In this document: piece by piece, positions 1 to 10,113 of the stretch
Layout of the letters: every line of letters starts with the position of its first letter
How positions within the stretch are numbered: position 1 is the stretch's first letter
Assembly (NCBI GenBank): GCA_001655205.1
Contig: LPNZ01010012.1
Coordinates: forward strand, 1-35,853
Reading direction: 5' to 3'
DNA from: Lenisia limosa
Taxonomy: Eukaryota > Protista > Breviatea
Length of the DNA: 35,853 bases
The notes under the pieces: model-generated
What the model was told of the DNA's origin: nothing
The model's database searches: none
What the model saw: the letters and a program-made list of their open reading frames with translations, nothing else
Position numbers and translations under genes: made by a program

Positions 1-16
1 CCCCCCCCCCCCCCAG

Positions 17-2437
17 GATCCAGCAGCTCGTTTTCGGATATCTCAATGTGCGTAACTTGCCCGAAGAAGTCGTGAACGTCATCGCCGACAAGTCCAATGG
101 CAACCCCTACTACGCCCACGAGCTTGCGCTTGACATGAAGCAGAGCGGTGTGCTGACTATTAATGAGGCTGACCAGTCCGCTGAGCTCAGCGAAACCGCC
201 GGCGACCTTGAGGAGACTGATTTACCTTCTTCACTGCAGGGCGTAATTTCTAGTCGAATTGATCAACTGAGCGCTTCCACTCTGCTAACCCTCAAAATCT
301 GCTCGACCTTCGACCAATACGTGGGTTTTAGCTTTGTATGGATTATGTTGCCTTCTTCATTTCACTGATACATTTACTAAAGTTCTGGGTGCACGCTTAA
401 ATGTCTTCTGTAGCACCTCTTCCAACCGCCGTGACTGCTTACACCCTAGATTGACACTGATATTCTCTCTGCCGTGTACCCTGTCAAGGGTGTCACACTC
501 GATCAGCTGCTTGCAGATCTCAAGATCCTCGTCAAGGTGAGTTGCGGTGGGAGCTGGGGTTCCCGTTAACCTCATTTCATCCGCATCATAACAGGTCACC
601 AAATTGTGCTGGAAGTATTTATGAGGTATTTTGCACCTTATTATGTGATATGATGTCGCACGTGACATTGCCAGACAAGCTTCATTGAAGAAGTCGAAGG
701 AGGAGAAACCCCCTACAGTGTTTCCGAGAACAACCACAGATACAGATTCTCCCATACTCTTACCGTGAGTCTTTTGACCTTTCACTTTTTCATTGTCAAA
801 AAATACATATTCTGACCCCCCAGGTAAACGTTGTCTACAACCTGCTTCTCCGTAAGCATAGACAGGAAATCCACGAGGCCATTGCGCTCTATCTTGACGA
901 GGCTATTCCGATTGAGAGGCGGACGGAGCTTGATGTTCTTATTCCCCTTGCCAGGCACTGGTGGGACTGGACTAGTCTTAAAGTTGATTCTTACTATGAA
1001 TTCCGGCTTTGGCCAGCTACAACCTTGTTTTATTTCTCATCTCTGTATATATTATGTATAATATCATATCAATGCTATTAAAGGCAAACACCTTGTCAAC
1101 TCACATACATAGGGGCGAGACTAATGACGACGTAAAGGGCTGTCACTACAATGAGAAGCTTGCGTACACCCTGGTTAAGGTGGGCCCTTTCATGACTGCG
1201 AGATGGGATATTTCAAGTGCTTGATTTATAGTTGAAGGCTTATTGCTAATGGTCTAGGTCCACGACTATTCCAATGCCATTTCTGCTGGTTCCCGTGTGT
1301 TTGAGATCATTGAAGAAACTGACAGCAAACTTGACCTCTACCGACGAGGCAAGGTTGGATGGATCAAAAATCTGGAATTTTATATGTACCTAATGCTCTC
1401 ACTGTTGTTTGGAGGGTTCGAGCTTCCGTGTTCCTGTACTGACCCCCCCCCCCCCCNNNNNNNNNNNNNNNNNNNNNNNNNNNNNNNNNNNNNNNNNNNN
1501 NNNNNNNNNNNNNNNNNNNNNNNNNNNNNNNNNNNNNNNNNNNNNNNNNAAGGAGTTGAGCAAGACTTATCTCACTCGTGCCTTGGAGGTAAACAGGATT
1601 CCTTTTGGTTCTTTTTTTTTTTTTTGCTCTTTTGCATTCCTAAAATATTGACCGGCTATTCTTTTGCTACAATATTGACTGGTCATCCTTTTGCGACAAT
1701 ATTGACCGCCATCCTTTTGCTACAATATTGACCACCAGTCATTTGGAGAACCTTCTTCAGTGACAAACCCTCGGCAACATGTTTTGCGGCAGATGTGCTA
1801 CAAAGCTGAAGTAGTGGCGCGAAAGACGCGCAAGGACGTCAACAACAAGCGCAAAATGATTCTGCCTGCCCTCCTTGCGGCGACCGGCGGTGACGGCGAG
1901 ACAATTGCGGACACCTCAGATGTCGAGGGTTTGTCATTGAATGTTACCCCCTATTATGATCATCTTTGTCTTGTTTTGTTCTGTTTAGTAACTCAATATT
2001 ATTTTCCAGTTATGATTGTTTAGTTATGATGGACGATGATGAAGACGTCTGCTTTGCACCGGATGATCTTAAGCAGCCACCCCCGGCGGCGTAGGCATGG
2101 CCATCTTTTTAATTCAACATGTCACATACCATTGCTCTACCCTACTTCAGTTTCTATGGTAAAACCAAATCATACCTATCTTAGAACAATCCGGCCCGAC
2201 CTAATTTCCTCAGAGAAACACCGCAACGAGTGCGTTCGAGAACAAATACTGCGCGTCCGCGTAGCCAAACACGTTCAGCCTCCACCTCCAGTACTCAACA
2301 AGGTACTTTTACCCTCAGCGGAAACGTGTTCTTTTTCCAGAGATAGAGTGCTTACCTTTGTAGCTCCAGTAGAGCCTATGATTGTGGAGGAACCACCTAA
2401 AGAGGAGAAGAAGGGAGGATGCTGTGTTGTCATGTAG
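17..2437 (+). CDS. 5'-partial multi-exon ADCY10 (soluble adenylyl cyclase)-like STAND NTPase/winged-helix/TPR protein, C-terminal half, ending in CaaX
   Basis: Spliced reading: ..IADKSNGNPYYAHELALDMKQSG..LPSSLQGVISSRIDQLSASTLLTLKICSTFDQY|IDTDILSAVYP..|..YRFSHTLT|VNVVYNLLLRKHRQEIHEAIALYL..LARHW|..|..PPKEEKKGGCCVVM*. The GNP, ISSRIDQL and YRFSH motifs are typical of ADCY10/MalT-type STAND proteins. The cyclase and P-loop would lie upstream of the window; one exon is in a gap. Confidence 0.75.
1644..1738 (+). repeat. Degenerate intronic tandem repeat (units 27, 27, 26 nt plus a partial unit) ending at the 3' splice site
   Basis: AATATTGACC..CTTTTGC(T/G)AC starts at 1644, 1671, 1698 and 1724. 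The last partial copy ends in the acceptor AG at 1737-1738. Confidence 0.9.
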
Positions 2438-2669
2438 TTGCCATGTGTGTATGTTGTGTATGATCTTTTCTTAGAAGGTGGTTTGTATTGTCTGTTTTCT
2501 GTATTGATGTATTTTCTTCGCATATTTCTATGGCCCTCCATTACCATCTTGCGTTCTTTACCTTGACCAAAATGGTTTCATCTTTCAATATCACCCCAAA
2601 TAGCTCTCAAAATGATAGAACGGGAAACATAAATAGGACAAGATAAAAAAAAACGAAACCATAAATAAA

Positions 2670-3834
2670 CTACATGTGGTGGAGGGAGGTTGTGAAGGAA
2701 TCGGAATATCGATACACCTTCGACCTGATTGGTGAAAGATAGCAACATTTTCCGCTCCTTGAGCTCCGCTCATTGTCCAAATAAACAATGATATGTTCAC
2801 CCCTCTGACAAACAAATGAAGGTGTACGGCATTCTGAGAAGGAAGAAAGCGGAAGACGGGGCTATCAATGAAATCAAGATATCACCCAACGCAAGACTTC
2901 CGTATATGAACGCGAGTCGTGGTTTTGTGCTCAGGCAAATCACTGAAAACTGTAACATACAATCTCATACTGTTTGAATTTTAACCAATAAGTCCTCCAA
3001 CCAGCAATAGCAGTGAAGAAAGCGCAATACAAAGCACGGGCCCAAAGAAACCATTGAGAATGCCTCTCAACATCGCTTTCCTGAGCTTCATGCACTATAA
3101 GGTTAATAAGCTGCTGAATCAAGCAGAATAAAAGACAATCTGGGGATGGCATCCACTTACATGGGACTAAAAGTGCTAATAAGCACCAACAAAGGTCGAT
3201 GAGCACCAATGTGATGAGGGTTTTCGGCTTGGCTCTTTGAATCCGAGCCGCGTTAGCTACACGGTCAAAGACAGGGAGGCCGGGTAACAAGTAGGGCTTC
3301 ACTTTGGTTCTAAAAATCCCGGGAAAATATCGATAGTTTTCGAGGATTTATCGAGAAATTCAGTCTTTTTTTGAACCGAAATGAAGCCCAAGTAAAGAGC
3401 ATTGATAAATCTAGCACAAAAATTATTCCTCAAGATTGACACAAATCCCCACATACTCAACAGGGGCTCCGAGAGAATGTAAAAAGGCCGAGGGGGGAGG
3501 ACATACTCTGAAATCACTGCAACAAATAAATTTATGTCATGTGCATGTTAAAACCCTGGAAGGCAAATGATTGGGAGAATAACAAGCTTCTCTGTCAAAG
3601 AAATAAGTCACTTTCTGAAACGCCAAGAGAAATTTTCAATTCTGCAGCTCAAATTCATCACCAACACACCTTCATTTTGCTCGAGTTCTTGGGGTAATCT
3701 GCCAACTTTTACCTATAAGTGTCAGAAATGTAAGAGAAAAAATATGGCTACGAAAAACGAGTTAATACTGATCGTCATCAAATAGGTACGGGCTTGATGT
3801 ACCCTACCTGCCCTCTTAGATATGTTTTAAACAT
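2670..3834 (-). CDS. Hypothetical multi-exon membrane protein (about 3 hydrophobic segments); ends uncertain
   Basis: Exon-like segments bounded by GT/AG: VKVGRLPQELEQNEGVLVMNLSCRIENF; KPYLLPGLPVFDRVANAARIQRAKPKTLITLVLIDLC; MLRGILNGFFGPVLCIALSSLLLLVGGLI; ICLSTKPRLAFIYGSLALGDILISLIAPSSAFFLL. No family recognised. Confidence 0.5.
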
Positions 3835-4773
3835 AATTTTACTTTATACAGTATTATAGCACATACTATATCATACTATACGTATATAGCAATGAGAAAT
3901 AAAAAAAACAGGTTGTATGTGGCCGAANNNNNNNNNNNNNNNNNNNNNNNNNNNNNNNNNNNNNNNNNNNNNNNNNNNNNNNNNNNNNNNNNNNNNNNNN
4001 NNNNNNTTACAACTCAGCTTCTACGTGCCTCCCCATTATAAGGACAATAGCCCCTACATAATAATAACCCAGGTAGGCCCTCCTATATCCGTCTTATGCC
4101 ACAGATTCAGGAGGTGCCAGAGAGGTAGCAGAATATACACACATTTAGTGAGGCCTCTACAACAACCCAAAAGAGCAATACCGTAATGTGATATTCATAT
4201 AAAACAACCACTATTCCAGCACTAAATTCAAGTTAAATTATAAAGCACCACCAACCTCCTTGTCCGGACCCTTGACGATGACTGGTATAGGGTCAGGCCT
4301 TTCATGTGGTTTAGTTTTGAATCGTTGAAGAGGCTGGAAAGTAGCCATTCTAGGGGTATAAATGTAAACAAGTTTACATTGGCTGCTAGACTTGTTATCT
4401 GCAATACGACGTAGGTTAATGATATTATCGTAATGTTATCATCTATCTAAATAATAACACAACAGCAATTGAGAGCCGGGCAGTGAGATGGAAGTAAGTT
4501 ACCAAATCGTTGCTGGGGCGGGATTCTACTTATTATACTTTCACCAATTCACAGATTCACAGCAGCAAGAGGGAAAGAGGGAAAGGCTGTGGGCGCAGGA
4601 TTAACAATTTCTCTGCGCCTCGCGCAAACTCCACGCCACTTGTATTGCCCTCTAATGTGGCTGTGGCTGGCCTCTTCCGCCTCTTCCACCTTTCGCTCAA
4701 TTATATATTTATTTAAATATTTAATCAAATAATAAATAAATATATTTTATATATTAGAAGTGCATCCTTGACT

Positions 4774-7040
4774 ATGACAAAAGAAGAGCTCTACAAGGAT
4801 TGGGGTTCCACCCTTACCTCTTTCAAATCAAGCTTAGTCAGCCTTGTCACTGATGTAAGCAGTCATCGTTGATTTTTATTTGTTTTGTTATTGACTACCT
4901 CTTCTTTATATTTGGTTCTTCATACCCATTTTCCCCTTTCAGATACTAAGCCATATAATTGTTATCTTCATTGTTAATGCTTCATATTTCCCCCACATCT
5001 ATACCGCCTTTGTCAGAGTTGGCAGGAGTTAGCAATACCACCGCTCAGCTTTTATTACACCCCAGGTTCCTAAGGAGGCCCGAGCCCCTAAGCAGGTTAT
5101 CCGAAGCGCTAATGATACCTACAAAGCCGCCCAAGCCCTGTACAATGCTGATGCAACGCAGGAAAGTTGGAGGGGGTCCAGGCTGTTCAATCAGGGAACC
5201 AGCGCTGTTATAGAATTACTTATTCTTGAAACTGTATTAAGGGAAATTCCTTCAAATGGGACCCACCCGTCTAAGCTCTTATCAATCAATAAAAAACCGT
5301 TGTATATTTTGCTTCTCCATTTCGTTGCTGTTTTCATAGAGCCCACTTATTTTCAAATTTATTTTTTTCCATTTTTTGTGCAAATGCCCTTTTTATCACT
5401 TTTTATTATGATTGCCATTTTCTATCAGCTGACCTTGCAGACACTTATGATGTTCTCCAAGCCTGCATCCGAGCCGCCTTAGACGTCTCATATGCCATGG
5501 AAGCCACGGCAATTGCAGCGGTCGAGGGCTTCTACTCCGTCGCTGCTAACAGGAACATTACAAGTAAGTGATTTTCTTGGCCGGAGCAGCTTTGTCTTTT
5601 GTATTTCTTTTGGAGCTTCAATAATACAAAATATCTCCCTCGTCTCCCTTTTTCGGTTTTAAAGCTCATGTCAGATGTGTGTAAGAAGATGGTTTTACAG
5701 AGTTTATCGGCCAGATACTATCTTATTTTTTATTTCTCATTGCTACATTATATATCAGTCATCATACCGCTTTACCCACCCTCAGTCATCATACCGCTTT
5801 ACCCACCCTCAGAAAAGACACCAGGTTGTGATACCGAAATTCTGGCCATTCTCTCTATCATTGAGCTCGTCACCAAATGGGCTGAAATGTTTTCTACTTT
5901 TGGTCAGCTTCCATGGATGGTGGTGTTGATGAATACGTTTGTTATTTCTCTTTCTTTTCTATTTTTTTTTTCTGGAGAAGCGTTTAGGTAGATGGGTGTA
6001 TGAAATAACCAGTAGTATTCAATATCCTTTCAGGTGACTTTCAACAGGATCAGCTTTTCTCGTATTATCTCACTGTTTCCTAACCCCCTAGGCGAAATAG
6101 ATCCTCAAAAGCCGCTCATGACCTCTGACGTTCTTGAGTCCATTTGCTATAGGTTCGATCAAAGGAAATATAATTATTAAAAAAAAAATCTGAAAATGGG
6201 ACCCTCCCCACATTTCCCTGTCTAGAACTGCATCTTTGCGCTACATGTACGCGCACAGTGTTTATGACTCTGAGGAGAATGACATTTCTCTTATTGCACC
6301 GCCAGTCGTGGGATTGGCCAATGGTGAGCTTTGGGGAGGCTACTCTTTCAATATTTCATATGGTATAATACTCTATCTTCAATAAAGGTCACCTCTTTAG
6401 TTGAGTTTTTACAAAGCGCAATTGAAGACTACGAAATGCTGCCAACTATCCGGCAAATGAGCCCTGGTGGGCTCCTTCAACATTTTTATCGGATAGAGAG
6501 GAAATCAAACATCACTACTCTCTTGAAGCGAATTCTCTGACCCCTGACAGAGGACATCGCGTCAACACCAGAAACAGCACATTTAGTGGCATTAGTTAAA
6601 GAAGGAGGTTTGTACTCTGTTTGATTGCAATTGCGAAGTAATACTGTTCTTATTTGTCAGTTTTTGGGACAGCACATTTGCTTGCCGTCGCATACCGTGG
6701 GGAGCTAGGCTTTTGGGTGGCGCGGATGCTCGAAGGAGATGCCCGAAATGTTGGTGATGGTATAGCACATTGACTTGTATTTATCATCCATAATCTTATG
6801 TTCAAAACTGGCGTGTAATTACTCAAACAAAACCATCATCTCTGGGAGATACGATGGGCCCGAAGGGAAAGTATATCATGCTGTACCTTAGAAATATTTT
6901 TTTTATTCTAATATTACAATCGTGACTAGGAGGAGAAAAAGAACGCTATTGAAGCACTTCAGAAGTACATCCGTCTAGTGAGCTCCATACCCGAACTCAG
7001 TAGGCGAGTTGAGTGTGTGAAGATAGTATGCGAAAATTGA
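4774..7040 (+). CDS. Hypothetical multi-exon, predicted mostly alpha-helical protein
   Basis: Exons: MTKEELYKDWGSTLTSFKSSLVSLVTD|VPKEARAPKQVIRSANDTYKAAQALYNA..|DLADTYDVLQACIRAALDVSYAMEATAIAAVEGFYSVAANRNIT|KKTPGCDTEILAILSIIELVTKWAEMF..|..|EEKKNAIEALQKYIRLVSSIPELSRRVECVKIVCEN*. Most have canonical splice sites. Confidence 0.65.
5755..5812 (+). repeat. Perfect 27-nt tandem duplication at an intron 3' end (three in-frame AGs)
   Basis: TCAGTCATCATACCGCTTTACCCACCC occurs at 5755-5781 and 5782-5808, followed by TCAG. Confidence 0.95.
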
Positions 7041-7362
7041 TATGTATCTGTGGTGTAATATCATTACGTGTCTAGCATGGTAACTCAAAACAAAAGATGA
7101 ACTTTCAGAACAATATCACATTGTAACTTACTTCAGAACAATGGCAAACAAGTCGGTGTCGGAAGTTCTTGGAGGCGACTGAAAAGTTGTAATGTTTTGG
7201 GTTTGGGATTGTTGGTGTGAGGTTTTGAATTTCTGTTGGTAGAATATACATTATAAGGTATTTGAAATGGCCTCCAGTCGTAATAGATTATTGCAAAAGC
7301 TTTTAAATGAGAACAGGTACCCAATACCGCCTTATTTGAGAATGTATTTTAAAGTCACAAGG

Positions 7363-9784
7363 TTAGATTTTCGCAAATTGTTGTTCAAGCTGATCTAATT
7401 GTTCGGTCATGGCTTGCTCAATGGACTGTTTTGGTTAGAAAAAGGATGGGCACTGTTTTGGTTAGAAAAAGGATGGGCAAAGGAGTAAAGAAGAAAAGGC
7501 CCCACTTGTGTGAATAAACAATAAGAGTATTTTGCAGAACATACCACGTAGCCTGGCTTGGAGGGGTGGAACTTTTCGGGAACAGGAGAACGTTCTTCAA
7601 GAATTGCCATGGCAACGTCCTCTCCCACCTAAAACAAATGTGAGACCTCTCATCCCCAAATTTCTGGTTCATATGACCCTCATACAGCCTCAGATAGCTC
7701 CTCATGAAGATGCAGGTAATTCCCTTGAGCCGCACTTAGCACTCTAAAATGTCACGTGATCATTGGAAATTCAACCATGCTCCATTTTGCCCAGTCAACC
7801 TCCTTTGTTTGACCTTGGCTTGGTGTTCTATTTGACGTAGCACTTTTCTTAAACGTTATTCCGCTGTTAAAGAAGCTTTCATTTCATAAAGACAAGATGA
7901 AACGTCAAAACTTGTTCAATCTTCAAACTTCATTTCTTCATGATGATCGAAAAGCCTGGTTTCAGCTTGTTCGGCCTTGTGCTTGTAATGCCACTGCAGG
8001 TTATCGACTTGATCGTCGGTTGTCTGAACGAATTACTGAAATAAAGGCATTTGAAATGAGAATTCACATGGAATGTTAGAAGTGGTCTCTATCAAAGACA
8101 ATTTGGTGACCACAGCTATTTTATCCAACAGGCTTCTCCTTATAGTTTGTTTCACTTTCACCAAATATTTGAAATACACGTCATTGTACATTGGTAAGAC
8201 TTCAATATCTCTTGATGCTATACCTTTCTGAGGTCTGACAGCTTGTGCATGAAGTCTGCTTTCGCCTCACTGATAATCTCTTCATTGGATTCTGAAATTG
8301 TTTGTGAAACACATAATAATAAATGTTCTCAGTCAAATACATGTTACTATATCCAAGCAGTACACAAAGCGATAAGGTAAATGCAATTTCGTATCGATAT
8401 TATAACAGAAACCTCTACCACTCACTGGCAATGCCAAGGTATCGCTCAATTTCCTGGAAGACAATTGGACGAATGACGTTCTCAACAACATAGTCTCGGA
8501 AGGCATTTCTTCCGAGGTTCAATTGGCAACTCAGAACTGGCTGATGGGAGCAGGTGAATAATGGGCTTACAGTTCCGGTTCCGCTAAAGCCCTCGAATTT
8601 GAACGATAAATCATCAAAATCGAATATTTATTTAGAAATCTAATGTATGAACGCAAAGAAGCCCTGGCACAATAAATTCGTGCACAATTCCCACATTTCT
8701 TCCCATTGCCTGGACATGGTCTAAATAGGTCCGTTCAGCCTTGCCTTCGATAACTGATCTGTGGGCAAGCGCCTAAAAGATAGGTCATTTGGGGTAATGT
8801 TGTTTCTACTATGTACCTTGTGGCAAAAAGTGGCAAATATGGTGGTATTTTTGTTTCTAACCTTTGAATAGAGTAAATTCAAATCCTTTGTTCGTGTTTG
8901 GGCTTCTGTAACCATGAGCAGCAGAACAAATAAATTAGTGGACAAACGTGTTCCATACTTCATTATTCAAATTTAACTGATCCACCAACTATGAATAAGC
9001 GATCTTTTTACAAAAGGCCTTCCCAGCATGAAGTTTTGCTAATTGATTATTTGAGGATTGAATTGTGTAGATATTTCCAATAAGTACGTAACTGTAATAT
9101 AATAAACAATGAATATTAATGACATTGGAAATCCTTCTTAATACCTTTGTTTCGGTTTCACTAGCAGAAGTCTCTTCATCTAAATACAGTTAAGATATAC
9201 TGGATGATGGATTACAAAATCATAAATCATGGTTGCCTCTTCTGACCATTATTGGAATTTGAGGCAAATGTATCCTCATCATCGTTTTCCATAACGCGCT
9301 GCCACGCTACATCAAACATGGCGTAAACATCACATTCATCAAATTCTACATGAAGATCCAAGTCATCTGAATGGTGATATTATGAAAACATGTTCTCCAT
9401 TGGTACTTTTCAAACACTGTCATGGTCCATAAACTAACAGTTTGCGTAAGAGGCTTCAAATTGGTCATTAGGTGAAGTCAGATCCTCCTGAATCATAGGA
9501 AAAACGCAAGACAATTCAGCACAGAAAATGTGACAAAGTATTGATTAATTTTGCACAAACCCAAGTCTCTTTACAAACTTCTGAATCACTTTTGTTAATG
9601 ACAAATAGGAAAATATGATCCACAGTAGTGGAGTATAACAGTGTCTCAAGTGTTGAATGTGACACAATAGTTTTCCATGTCATGTTAGGCTGCTGACATT
9701 TAAACATGTAAACACACAAACTTACTGATACCTCTATTTCCACGTGCAAAAGCTTACCGATGAGGTGTCTTCATCACGTTGCAT
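7363..9784 (-). CDS. Hypothetical multi-exon protein with acidic N-terminus and coiled-coil C-terminus
   Basis: Exons: MQRDEDTSS|EDLTSPNDQFEASYAN|DDLDLHVEFDECDVYAMFDVAWQRVMEND..|..PVLSCQLNLGRNAFRDYVVENVIRPIVFQEIERYLGIASEW|..VQTTDDQVDNLQWHYKHKAEQAETRLF..|GEDVAMAILEERSPVPEKFHPSKPGYV|SIEQAMTEQLDQLEQQFAKI*. Internal structure is partly uncertain. Confidence 0.55.
7425..7478 (-). repeat. Perfect 27-nt tandem duplication of a complete 3' splice signal (pyrimidine tract, CTAAC branch motif, AG)
   Basis: Plus-strand ACTGTTTTGGTTAGAAAAAGGATGGGC occurs at 7425-7451 and 7452-7478. Confidence 0.95.
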
Positions 9785-10113
9785 CGTTAAAATACTGCAG
9801 ATCAAATATAATCAAGAAATGAAACGAAGAAGGGTAAGTGTGGAAAGATTGAAAGGAGTGGTAATTGGTAACTGGATAAGCTCACTATTATAAAATTTAC
9901 AAACTGCTAAAGGCTGATAGGATCGGATAGGATTAAGTGAGAGATACCTCATCATTGAATAACAACATACAGGCAAATTACTATATATGGCAAGTTGAAT
10001 CTGTATAAATTATATGACCCTGGTACAACTTTTAGCCGATTTTTTTTTTTGCCTCTCTGCCACTTGACTCACTATTAACCTATTAACTGATTACTTAACT
10101 TAATACTGGCACA

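Noticed and set aside
3050-3105. HEAQESDVERH as a metal-binding motif in ORF 2940..3302
   Set aside because: A spliced alternative frame (CMKLRKAMLRGILNGFFGPVLCIAL..) gives a better transmembrane reading, so the motif is probably out of frame.
4361-4380. Palindrome AATGTAAAC-AA-GTTTACATT in the divergent intergenic region
   Set aside because: Single AT-rich 9-bp inverted repeat that could arise by chance; no second copy seen.
1644-7478. 27-nt repeats as a CRISPR-like array
   Set aside because: They are directly adjacent tandem copies with no spacers, differ in sequence at each locus, lie in eukaryotic introns, and have no cas genes.
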